Source: Vicinamibacteria bacterium
GTDB taxonomy: Bacteria > Acidobacteriota > Vicinamibacteria > Vicinamibacterales > JAENWD01
NCBI GenBank assembly: GCA_963818215.1
Contig: CAWFRL010000013.1
Coordinates: 139,609-203,608, forward strand
Direction: 5' to 3'
Length of the DNA stretch: 64,000 bases
In this document: positions 14,428 to 23,556 of the stretch, piece after piece
Layout of the letters: every line of letters begins with the position of its first letter
Position numbering within the stretch: position 1 is the stretch's first letter
Notes under the pieces: model-generated
Databases searched by the model: none
The model's input: the letters and a program-made list of their open reading frames with translations, nothing else
What the model was told of the DNA's origin: nothing
Made by a program: the position numbers and the translations under genes

Positions 14428-14430
14428 GAT

Positions 14431-16840
14431 CTAGTCGGCCCGCAGCGCGGTCATCGGATCGACGCGCGAGGCGCGCAGCGCGGGCAGGTAGCCGGCAAGC
14501 GCGGCGACGGTGACCAGCAGCGCGCCGGTTGCGGCAAACGTCATCGGATCGACCGGCGACGTCTCGTACAGCAGCGTCGCGATCAGCCGCGCCAGCGCGA
14601 CCGAGGCGACCAGGCCGACGGCAATGCCGGCGAGCGGCCAGCCGCATCGTCTCGCGCAGCACCTGTCCCTGCACGTGGCCGGCCGTGGCGCCAAGCGCCA
14701 TGCGCACGCCGATCTCCTGCACCCGCTGCGAGACGCCGTACGAGATCACGCCGTAGATGCCCAGGCTCGCCAGCAGCAGCCCGACGCCCGCAAACCCGCC
14801 AGCAGTGACAACAGGAACTTTCGCGGCGACACCGCCCGGTCCACCAGGTCCTTCAGCGGCCGCACTTCCGGCGCCGACATCGTTGGGTCCACCTCCTTCA
14901 AGGCGGAGCGGAGTGACGCAATCAGCGAGGAAGGCGGGAGCGTCGAGCGCACGATCAACTCGGACGACACGCCCCCGCCGCGCGCGTAAGGCAGGTACAT
15001 CTGCGTGACCGGCGACTCGTCCAGGCTGCTCTGCCGCACGTCGGCGACGATGCCGACGATCGTGAACTTGGTGCTGCCGGTTTCTGCAAGCTGGCCGATC
15101 GGATCGCGGCCCGGAAAGAGCAGCTTGGCCAGCGACTCGTTCAGGATGCCGACCGTGGCGCTCTCGGCGGTGTCGTGCTCGGTGAAGTCGCGCCCCTTCA
15201 CCAGCGGAATGCCCATGGCCCGGAAGTAGCCCGGCCCGACGATGTACACGAACGCCATCGGATACTGCCCGTCGGCGTACGTCTGGCCGGGGACGCCAAT
15301 GCCCCAGGTGCGGTTGCGATCGAGCGGCAGCGCGTCGGTCAACCCGGAGGCCTCAACCCCCGGCAGCTGGGCGACCCGGCGCGCCGCCGCAATACAGCCG
15401 GGCCCGGCGAGCGTCCGGCTCGAGCTGGCTGCTGGTTTCGAGCCTGACCGCCGTCGCGCGTGACGGCTGGAAGCCGAGGTCGACGTCCAGGATATGGACG
15501 AAGCTGCGCAGCAGCAGGCCCGCGCCGACCAGCAGCACGGAGGCCAGCGCGACCTCCACCACCACGAGCGTCGATCGCACGCGCGCGTGATGGCGACCGT
15601 CGGTGGTGCCGCGCCCCTGCGCTTTCAGCGCGTCCTGCGGCGGCCGCGCCGCCACGCGCAGCGCCGGCACGGCGCCGATCGCGATGCCGGACACAATCGC
15701 CGTCAGCGCCGTGATGGCAAGCGCCATCCCGTCGACGTGCACCTGGTGCAGCAACGGGACCGCCAGCGTCGCCGACGACTTCAGCGCGCCGGTCAGCACG
15801 TAGGCGAGGGGCACGCCAAGCACCGCGCCGCATGCCGAGAGCACCACGCCTTCCACCATCAACTGCGAGACGATGCGGCCGCGGCTGGAGCCCAGCGCGA
15901 TCCGTACCGCGAACTCCTTGGCGCGCGAGGCGGTGCGCGCCAGCAGCAGGTTCGACAGGTTCGCGCAGACGATCAGCAGCACCAGGCCCACCGCCGCCCA
16001 CAGCACCATGAGCGCCCGCCGCATCGGTCCGCTCACGTGTGCCTTCAGGCTGCTCATCGTCGTGCCGAACCGGTAGTCCAGCGCCTTCTCGATCGGCGGC
16101 ACCAGCGTCGCAAACTCGGCGCGCGCCTGCTCGACGGTGACCCCGGGCTTGAGCCGGCCGATGATCGCCAGCGTGTTGCCCCAGTTGCGCATCTCCTCCA
16201 GCCGCGCCGGCACCAGCATGTCCACACGCGTGCCGGGCGTGAAGGAGGACCCGAAATCGAAGTCCTCCGGCAGCACGCCGGTGACGATGTAGGGCGTTTC
16301 GTTGATGGTCACCGACCTGCCGACGATGGCCGGGTCGCCGCCGAAGCGACGCTTCCAGAGCCCGGCGGTGATGAGCGCCGCGCCGGGGCCGTTGCTCTTC
16401 CATTCGTCGCCGACGAACCCGCGCCCAAGCTGCGGCCGGATCCCCAGTTGCTCCAGGAACCCCGGCGCGACCTGCACGCCCACCAGCCGTTCCGGCTCGC
16501 CCGATCCGGTCAACGTGTAGCTGAAGTAGCCGAAGAACGCGAAATAGGCGGTCAGCGACTCGAACGACCGGTTGTTGCGCGCCATTTCTTCGTAGGCGGC
16601 AACGCGGTATGTCTTGCCGCTCAGCCCTTCGCCGCGACCGGTGTTGGCGATCCACACCAGCCGATCGGCATCCCGAAAGGGCAACGGCCTGAGCACGAGC
16701 GGATTGACGACGCTGAACACCGCCGTGTTGGCGCCGATGCCGATGGCCAGGATCAGGATGGCGACCAGCGAGTAGCCAGGCTCGCGGACCAGTCCGCGAA
16801 ACGCCAGTCGGAGATCGTGGCGAAGGGATTCGAAGACCAT
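14431..16840 (-). CDS. ADOP family duplicated orphan permease (second paralogue); at least 3 frameshifts
   Basis: ORF 15353-16840(-) MVFESLRHDLRLAFRGLVREPGYSLVAILILAIGIGANTAVFSVVNPLVLRPLPF... plus ORFs 14746-15342, 14333-14749 and 14431-14694. Ends ...YLPALRASRVDPMTALRAD. Same architecture as 7615-10089. Confidence 0.8.
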
Positions 16841-16896
16841 GACGGACTTAGACGAGAAGAAACTGAAAGAAGTTGGCTATGCCATCGCGCCTGCGC

Positions 16897-18260
16897 CTAG
16901 ACGACGAGCAGCGACTTCATGGTCGTCGGCGACCCCGACGACTCGAACCAGTCGATCCCCTCGCTGACCAGGTCGAACTTCAGCTGGTATCGCCCGGGCT
17001 CGGCGGGTGCGGGAATCTCGATTGCGACGTCGGCCTGCTGTCCGCCTTCGAGATGGTGCGGCAGCCACGCTCGAGCGTAGTCGCGGTCGATCAACGCGCC
17101 GTCGGCCGCGCACAACTGCGCGCCCAGGCGCACGAGCCGGCGACCGTAGCTGGCCTGCGCCGCAAATCGCCGGTTCGACAGGTTCGTGACGCGCGTCTGA
17201 AGCTGCACGCGTCCGGCCGCGCCGGGCGAGAATCGGAAGCCCGGGCACCAGCGTCTTGACGTCGATCTGCGCGCGCGGCGTCGCGCCGGGGATGGCGTTG
17301 CCCAGGTTGTTCTGGTCCCAGATTTCGTTGGCGATGGCCTTGTAGTCGTCGGTGCCAGGACGAAAGCGCTGCGAGAAGCTGTCTTCCGGGTGATCGGTGA
17401 TCTCCCAGCAGAGGCGATCGACGCCGCTTTCGACGGCGAGACGGCGGGCGGCGTCCATCTCTTCGTCGCGATCGTTCCACTTGAAGAGGATGTAGCGCCA
17501 GTTCAGGTGCGGCACGTCGCGGCCGTGGCGGGCCTTCTCGTCGGTCATCGCCCGCAGGTTCGCCAGCGCCTTGCCGAAGTCGCCGCGTTGCCGGTACTGC
17601 ACGTAGGTGTCCTGCGAGGCGCCGTCGATGGAGAAGGTCACCTCGTCGATGCCGGAGTGCACGAGCCGCCGCGCCTTCTCCTCGGTGAGCGCCAGCCCGT
17701 TGGTGCTCGTGTAGAGATAGATGTGCGGGAACTTCGACTTGATGTACTCGCACATCTCCACGGCGCGCTTGTGCAGAAACGCCTCGCCGTAGTTGAAGAA
17801 GTCGACGCGCCCCAGTGACGGACCCGCCTCGTCGATCACACGGGTGAACAAATCGAAGTCGAGCATGCCGGCCTGGCGCGTGCGTGTGATGCCCGTCTCC
17901 GGCGCGCAGCACGCCTGGTTGCAGGAGATGTTGCAGGCCGCCGTGCACTCGACGTACATGCGGCTCGGCAACGTGCCCGACGTCGAGGGGGCGGGCCGGC
18001 GGCGCCTCGTCCTTCTTCAGCGGCAGCTTCAGCGGGCAGTCGCCGCAGAACTTCGATCCGCCCGATACGATGTCCCTCCGCAGCGACGAGGCCACCTCGC
18101 CGGTCCATACGCCGCTGACGCTGGTGGTGCGCGTGTCGCCCAGGATGCGCCGTCCATACGGATCCGCGCAGCCACAGGTGAGCCGCCCATCACAGAGCAG
18201 CACCATGGTGGTCCATGGCCACGAACAGGTGAAACGGGTGGCGAGATAGTTGAGAGACAC
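16897..18260 (-). CDS. radical SAM domain protein with N-terminal SPASM/twitch-like Cys-rich domain and C-terminal beta-sandwich-like domain; 2 frameshifts
   Basis: GTG start at 18260. N-part: CSWPWTTMVLLCDGRLTCGCADPYGRRILGDTRTTSVSGVWTGEVASSLRRDIVSGGSKFCGDCPLK. Core (ORF 16877-17971): MYVECTAACNISCNQACCAPE...DFFNYGEAFLHK...YTSTNGLALTEE...VTFSIDGASQDTY...NWRYILFKWNDRDEEMDAARRLAVESGVD. Tail (ORF 16897-17208): ...PGRYQLKFDLVSEGIDWFESSGSPTTMKSLLVV. Shifts near 17975 and 17200. Confidence 0.7.
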
Positions 18261-18265
18261 ATTCA

Positions 18266-18375
18266 GTTACGAAGACTAAGGACGCAGGACGACGGACGAG
18301 AAGCAGTTGCCGCCGCTACGATGGCACGGCTTCGCGTCGCTTCGTGCGCCGTCGCGCCTTCGTGATTCGTCGTCG
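18266..18375. repeat. repeat-built imperfect dyad filling the spacer between the 89-aa gene and the radical SAM gene
   Basis: Left arm: ACGAAGAC TAAGGACG CAGGACG ACGGACG AGAAGC. Right arm: GCTTCGCG TCGCTTCGTGCG CCGTCGCG CCTTCGTG ATTCGTCG. The arms are approximately reverse-complementary and built from CACGAAGG-type words. Confidence 0.5.
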
Positions 18376-18645
18376 CTACTCAGCCTTTTCGAGCTTCCTG
18401 AAATACGCCTCGAGCTTGTCGTTCTCGTACTTCACCGTGTTCAGGAACAGGCTTTCGGCCAGGTAGCTCCGCAGTTCCTCGTCGGTCATCTGGCCGATCA
18501 GGTGCTGGATCTCCCGCACCATGTCCTCGAACGACCGCGCCAGGGCCTTGCGCGCGGTCACTTCCTTGTAGAGCGTCTCCATGATGGCGAGCAGGTCGCC
18601 ATCGAGCGTGATGTCGGCGCCGGTCGAGGTCCGGATGGTCCGCAT
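18376..18645 (-). CDS. hypothetical all-helical 89-aa protein
   Basis: ORF 18376-18645(-), intact. It begins 3 nt after the STAS gene stop. MRTIRTSTGADITLDGDLLAIMETLYKEVTARKALARSFEDMVREIQHLIGQMTDEELRSYL... No family recognised. Confidence 0.55.
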   Translation of the reverse strand: MRTIRTSTGADITLDGDLLAIMETLYKEVTARKALARSFEDMVREIQHLIGQMTDEELRSYLAESLFLNTVKYENDKLEAYFRKLEKAE

Positions 18646-18647
18646 GG

Positions 18648-18989
18648 CTAGCTCCCGAAGCTCTTCACCGCGCTGGCTTCGTCAGGATGCAACTCGAGGA
18701 AGTTGTGCGCGCCGGTCATCGTCAGCATCGTCTCGACGCGCTTCTGCACGCCGGCCAGCTTCAGCTTGGCGCCGGCGGCATCGGCCTGGCGATACAGGTC
18801 CATGAAGCAGCCGATGGTCGCGCTGTCCACGTAGGTGACCGACGCCAGGTCGATCAGGATCTTCTTGTTGCCGCCTCCGATGAGGCCCGAGACGGTCGAG
18901 GAAAAGTCGGCCAGCAACGGGTACATCAGCCGCGTTTCGCCGATTCGGACGATGGCGAGGCCGCCTGCGGTGTCGGTAGTCAGGTTCAT
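18648..18989 (-). CDS. STAS domain protein (anti-sigma-factor antagonist, SpoIIAA/RsbV-like)
   Basis: ORF 18648-18989(-), intact. ...KKILIDLASVTYVDSATIGCFMDLYRQADAAGAKLKLAGVQKRVETMLTMTG is a typical STAS core with a DSxT-type Ser. Confidence 0.8.
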   Translation of the reverse strand: MNLTTDTAGGLAIVRIGETRLMYPLLADFSSTVSGLIGGGNKKILIDLASVTYVDSATIGCFMDLYRQADAAGAKLKLAGVQKRVETMLTMTGAHNFLELHPDEASAVKSFGS

Positions 18990-18995
18990 CCTAAG

Positions 18996-19635
18996 TCACT
19001 CCGCTCGCCGGGATTCCGCCTCGCGGGCGGCGTTCCGAGCCAGCTCGTCGTGCTGATCCTTGAGACGCTTGATCTGGCGGGCCAGTTCAGTCCGCCCGCG
19101 ATTGATCCGTGATTTCACCGTGCCTTCCGGCAATTCCAGCTGGTCGGCGATCTCCTGATACGTCAGTTCCTGGATGTCGCGCAGCAAGCACGGCCGTCCG
19201 CAGCGTGTCGGGCAGCGACGTCATCGCCTCGCGCAGCATCGACACGCGATCGCGCGCCTCGAGGGCCGCATACGGGCTGACCTCTACCGACACCGGCATC
19301 AGGTCGCCAGGGTCGACGTCGCGATCGATGGTCTCGCGTTCCTTCCGGACGCTGCGGTAATGGTCGATGCACAGGTTGCGGCTCACGCTGATGAGCCATG
19401 TCTGAAAGTTCGCGCGCCGGTCGAACGTGTTGAGCGACTTGAAGATCTTGAGGAAGATGTCCTGCGTCAGGTCTTCGGCTTCGTCGTGCTTGCCGACGAA
19501 CTTGTAGGCGACGTTGAAGACCTTGCGCCAGTGGAGACGGACGATCTGCTCCCAGGCGTGCTGGTCGCCTGCCAGACACCGCTCGATGAGCTCATCGACG
19601 CTTGGCGCCTGCGCGGGCGGCTGGTACGGCGACAT
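18996..19635 (-). CDS. RNA polymerase ECF-type sigma-70 family factor; one frameshift
   Basis: Region 2 ...DLTQDIFLKIFKSLNTFDRRANFQTWLISVSRNLCIDHYR (ORF 19087-19635). Region 4 LRDIQELTYQEIADQLELPEGTVKSRINRGRTELARQI (ORF 18996-19187). Junction near 19185. Confidence 0.85.
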
Positions 19636-19719
19636 GGGGAAGGCTCATCATATCCGCCCGATTTTTCGCGCTGTCAAACCACTGCAACTCCTGATTTCAC
19701 GCTAAGATCCGCAAGATTC

Positions 19720-21016
19720 ATGTCGACGCCCGATACCTTGCCGCTCACGGTGCCCCACCGCGCGACCCTGCTGGCGATTGCCGCCGAGGTGGGCACACCC
19801 GTCTACGTCTACGACGCGGCTGTCATCCGTCACGCGTATCGCGCGTTTGCCGAAGGGCTGGCGCCGCATCCCCACGCCATCCACTACGCGCTCAAGGCCA
19901 ACTCCACGCTCGCGCTGGTGCGCCTGCTGCGAACGCTGGGCGCGCAGGCCGATGCCAACTCGGGCGGCGAAATCGAGGTGGCGCTGCGCGCCGGGTTCAT
20001 CCCCGACCAGATCGTCTTCACCGGCGTGGGCAAGACCGGCGACGAGCTGGATCGCGCCGTTTCGCTGGGCGTGAAGGCCATCAACGCGGAGTCGCCTGGA
20101 GAACTCGACCGCATCGCGGCGCGTGCCGTGGCGCTGTCGACGACGGTGCGGGTCGCGCTTCGCGTGAATCCGGACATCGACGCCAAGAGCCATCCGCACA
20201 TCTCAACCGGGCTCAAGACGAACAAGTTCGGCATGCCGCTCGAGCAGGTGCGGCAGCTCTATCGCGACCACGCCCGACAGCCGGGGCTCGAGCCGGTGGG
20301 GCTGCACATCCACGTCGGCTCGCAGATCACGTCGCTCGATCCGCTGCGCCGCGCCGCCGAGCGGGCCGTGATGCTGGCCCGCGAGCTGCGCGACGACGGC
20401 ATCCAGATCGAGCACCTCGACCTCGGCGGCGGCCTGGGAATTTCCTACGACGGCACGCCGGTGCCGACGCCGGCCGAATACGCGGCGGCGATTCTTCCCG
20501 CCGTGCGCGACACCGGCTTTTCGATCGTCGTCGAGCCCGGGCGTGCGCTGGTCGGCGCCGCGGGCACGCTGCTGACGCGGGTGATCGACCTCAAGCAATA
20601 TGCCGACGGCCTGCGCTTTGCCGTGCTGGATGCCGGCATGACCGAGCTGATGCGCCCGGCGCTGTACGGCGCCTTCCACCGGATCGTCCCGGTGGCGCCA
20701 CGCGAAGGCGCCGGGCAGTCCTACGAGATCGTCGGCCCGCTGTGCGAGAGCAGCGACATCTTCGGGCGCGATCGGCGCCTGCCGCCGCTGGAGGTCGGAC
20801 GACGTCATGGCGATCCTCGATGCGGGCGCCTATGGCTCGGTGATGGCGAGCACTTACAACCGGCGGCCGTTGCTGCCGGAGGTGCTCATCGACGACGAGC
20901 GCAGTCACAGTCACGAAGGCACGAAGGCACGATGGCACGATGGTCCAACAGGACGGTCGTGGCGCGTGATTCGGCGGCGCCAGACCATCGACGAACTTCT
21001 GAGCACAGAACTGTAG
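19720..21016 (+). CDS. lysA: diaminopimelate decarboxylase LysA; one frameshift plus a repeat-derived in-frame insertion near the C-terminus
   Basis: MSTPDTLPLTVPHRATLLAIAAEVGTPVYVYD...AIHYALKANS...HIHVGSQI...LDLGGGLGISY...EPGRALVG...VGPLCESSD (within ORF 19174-21813). C-part is ORF 20807-21016: ...DDVMAILDAGAYGSVMASTYNRRPLLPEVLIDD...WRVIRRRQTIDELLSTEL. Shift near 20800. Confidence 0.9.
20903..20946 (+). repeat. tandem 6-8 nt array inside the lysA ORF
   Basis: AGTCAC AGTCAC GAAGGCAC GAAGGCAC GATGGCAC GATGGTCC. Translated in frame as part of ...ERSHSHEGTKARWHDGPTGRS... Confidence 0.8.
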
Positions 21017-21583
21017 ATGCTGATCGCATTCGAAGGACTCGACCAAAGCGGCAAGGAGACACAGGCGCGGGTGCTGGTGGCTTCGCTCCGGGCGCAGGGA
21101 CGACGCGTGGAGACGCTGTCGTTTCCCGACTACCAGACGGCGATCGGGCGCGAGATCGGCGAGGCGCTGGCCGGGCACCGCGAGTACGGCCCCGACGTCA
21201 TGCAGCTGCTCTACATCGCGAACCGCTTCGAGAAAAAGTCCCTCATCCTCGAATGGCAGGCAGCCGGCGCCGTCGTCGTCTGCGATCGGTATGTCGCGTC
21301 GAGCATCGCGTATGGCGAATCACAGGGCCTCGACGCCGCGTGGCTGACCGACGCGCAGCGTTATCTGCCACAGCCCGACCTGACGTTCGTCCTCGACATC
21401 GCGCCCGAGATCTCGGCCGCGCGCAAGCAGACCAACCGCGACCGCTACGAACGCGACATGCCGCTGCTGACACGCGTGCGCGAGAGCTACCGGCGCCAGG
21501 CGCAGCAGCCCGGATGGCATCTCATCGATGCCGATCGCGCGAAGGACGAGATCGCGAGGGAGATACGAAAGAGAGTCGGTTAG
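21017..21583 (+). CDS. tmk: dTMP (thymidylate) kinase (intact)
   Basis: ORF 21017-21583. MLIAFEGLDQSGKETQARVL (P-loop variant)...DRYVASSIAYG...DIAPEISAARK. ATG directly follows the lysA stop. Confidence 0.9.
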   Translation: MLIAFEGLDQSGKETQARVLVASLRAQGRRVETLSFPDYQTAIGREIGEALAGHREYGPDVMQLLYIANRFEKKSLILEWQAAGAVVVCDRYVASSIAYGESQGLDAAWLTDAQRYLPQPDLTFVLDIAPEISAARKQTNRDRYERDMPLLTRVRESYRRQAQQPGWHLIDADRAKDEIAREIRKRVG

Positions 21584-22108
21584 TTTTTCGGCTGCCACCG
21601 CCGGACTGTCCCGCAATACGCCTCGTAGTCATCCCCAAACGTCCGCCGCAGCGTGGGCTCTTCGTACGTGACGACAAACACATGCGTCGTCAGCAGGAAC
21701 ACTCCCGTGTAGCCGGCAAGCGCGAGGGACTCGTAGAAGAGCGCAGCCCCCGCCAGCGCGAGCAGTCGCTCCGAGATACATCGGATTGCGCACCAGACGA
21801 TAGGGTCCCTTGATGACGAGGCGACGGGGCGGATCGAACGGAGCGGGCGTTCCCTTTCCGACGAATGCGAACGTGAAGATGCACCACAAGGCGATTGCCG
21901 CGCCGAGCGCCGCCACGAACATCCCGGCGCCTTGCCAGATGCCGATGTGCGCTGGCGTGCGAACCCCTGACCAGGACAGCAGTCTCGACGGGACGAATAC
22001 CAGCACGAGGCCGACAAAAAGCATCGCGTAAGTGATCGTGCGCGCAAGAACGAACTTGTTCGCCTTCGTTGGCGACGAACCAGCCCCGTCAGGCCGCCCC
22101 AGCGCCAA
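21580..22108 (-). CDS. isoprenylcysteine carboxyl methyltransferase (ICMT/PEMT) family membrane protein; one frameshift
   Basis: ORF 21629-22108(-) ...LVIKGPYRLVRNPMYLG joins ORF 21580-22047(-) ...ALFYESLALAGYTGVFLLTTHVFVVTYEEPTLRRTFGDDYEAYCGTVRRWQPKN. Shift near 21780. Confidence 0.7.
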
Positions 22109-22113
22109 GTTCC

Positions 22114-22788
22114 TCAGGCTCGCGCGACGGCCACCGCGCGCACTTCTCGCGCTCCCGCCTCGACGAGCACGCGCGCGCAGGCTTCCAAAGTCGCGCCGGT
22201 CGTGAGCACGTCGTCGACGAGCATCAGCGTACGGCCCTCAACCTGCCGCCGGGCGCGGTCGGCGGCGCCGGGCAGCCATCCTCCCATGGCGAATGCGTCA
22301 CGCACGTTGGCCTGCCGCTGCGTGGCGGTCCAGCGCTGTTTGCGGGGGCGTCGCGCGCCGGCGACGAAGCACGTGCCACACGGGACGGCCGAGCGTCGCC
22401 GCAAGCAGGGTCGGCCTGATTGTAGTTCCGACGCCACTGGCGCCAGGGATGGAGCGGCACCGGCACGACGGCATCCACGTCGTCGAGCAGTTCGCCGGCG
22501 GCGCCTCGCAGCAGCGGACCCAGCCGGGTCGCGAGGGTTCGACGGCCCCGGAACTTCAGGCCGTGGACGACGTCGCGGAGGACCTCCTCGAAGGGGCCGA
22601 CCGCGCGTACGTGCGACAGCGTCGTGGATGGCGGGCCGAGATCGCACGCGGGGCTGGCGAAGCGCCCGATGCGCTCCCAGCACGATGTCGCACACCGGCG
22701 ACCGGGTCGGCGCGTCGAGCACCCGCGCGCACGACAGGCACACCGGCGCAAAGACTGTCGCGATGAGGGCATCAACCATCGACGCCAT
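22114..22788 (-). CDS. ComF family protein (phosphoribosyltransferase-type); about 3 frameshifts
   Basis: N-term MASMVDALIATVFAPVCLSCARVLD. Middle (ORF 22224-22775): ...VRAVGPFEEVLRDVVHGLKFRGRRTLATRLGPLL...DAVVPVPLHPWRQWRRNYNQA. C-term: ...RTLMLVDDVLTTGATLEACARVLVEAGAREVRAVAVARA (PRTase motif). Confidence 0.7.
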   Translation of the reverse strand: MASMVDALIATVFAPVCLSCARVLDAPTRSPVCDIVLGAHRALRQPRVRSRPAIHDAVARTRGRPLRGGPPRRRPRPEVPGPSNPRDPAGSAAARRRRRTARRRGCRRAGAAPSLAPVASELQSGRPCLRRRSAVPCGTCFVAGARRPRKQRWTATQRQANVRDAFAMGGWLPGAADRARRQVEGRTLMLVDDVLTTGATLEACARVLVEAGAREVRAVAVARA

Positions 22789-22812
22789 GTGGAATCTGCA
22801 GAACCGAGACGC

Positions 22813-22990
22813 TCACTCCATCCCGTATCTCTTCCGCTCCCACAGCGCCTTCCGGCTGATCCCGAGCACCGCCGCGGCGCGGCTCTGGTTGCCGCGCATC
22901 TTCGTGAGCACCAGCGCGACGTAGCGGCGTTCGAGGAACGTCGGCATCGGCGGCGTCATAGCGGCTCAGCTCGGCGAGCATCGCGCGCAT
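22813..22990 (-). CDS. small Fis-type helix-turn-helix DNA-binding protein (~59 aa); one frameshift
   Basis: Hand translation: MRAMLAELSRYDAADAD then, after a shift near 22935, FLERRYVALVLTKMRGNQSRAAAVLGISRKALWERKRYGME-stop (stop rc at 22813-22815). This matches the HTH_8/Fis pattern ...GNxSxAAxxLGISRxxLxxK. Confidence 0.55.
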
Positions 22991-23016
22991 CGCCGCGCGG
23001 GGTGCCACCAGCGGCG

Positions 23017-23406
23017 CTAGGCCTTCGACGCGGGCAGGTCGACGAGGCTGCTGATGTCGATTGGGATGGCGCTGCCCCACAGGCGTTCGAGTCCGTAAAA
23101 TCTGCGCGTTTCCGCGCTGAAGACGTGCACGACGAAGTCGAAGTAGTCGAGCAGGATCCAGCCGGTCCGATCGTAGCCTTCGGTGTGCGACGGCTTCACT
23201 CGCCGCGCGCCGAGCGCTTCTTCCACCGCTTCGGCAATCGCGCGAATCTGCCGCGCGTTGCCGCCGGTTGCCAGCAGGAAGAAGTCGGTGAAGCCGGCCG
23301 CCTTGCGCAGGTCGAGCAGCGCGACGTGGTCGGCTTTCTTCGACGCCGCAGCCTTCACCGCCTCCACCACGTCGAGCGGCAACTTCGCCCTGGCCGCCGG
23401 GACCAT
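23017..23406 (-). CDS. rsfS: ribosome silencing factor RsfS (iojap); possible basic N-terminal extension up to 23576
   Basis: ORF 23017-23406(-) ...KADHVALLDLRKAAGFTDFFLLATGGNARQIRAIAEAVEEAL...GYDRTGWILLDYFDFVVHVFSAETRRFYGLERLW. Upstream frames encode MRKSTAKTSEDEPGSA / ARKRAAKKTSVRKRAASTRPEVPVDRVA / SPVVPETRTTAPADTT, which could join with 2 shifts. Confidence 0.85.
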   Translation of the reverse strand: MVPAARAKLPLDVVEAVKAAASKKADHVALLDLRKAAGFTDFFLLATGGNARQIRAIAEAVEEALGARRVKPSHTEGYDRTGWILLDYFDFVVHVFSAETRRFYGLERLWGSAIPIDISSLVDLPASKA

Positions 23407-23556
23407 CGTCGTGTCCGCTGGCGCGGTGGTGCGTGTTTCCGGAACGACCGGCGACGCGATCGACCGGCACCTCCGGCCGCGTCGAGGCCGCGCGCTTCCG
23501 CACGGAGGTCTTCTTGGCGGCCCGCTTGCGCGCTGCCGGGCTCGTCTTCGCTCGTC

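Noticed and set aside
19174-21813. 879-aa plus-strand ORF suggesting a large fusion protein
   Set aside because: It is a chimera. It starts as antisense of the ECF sigma gene, is genuine LysA from 19720 to ~20800, then continues out of frame through the lysA tail and tmk. The real genes are lysA (with one shift) and tmk.
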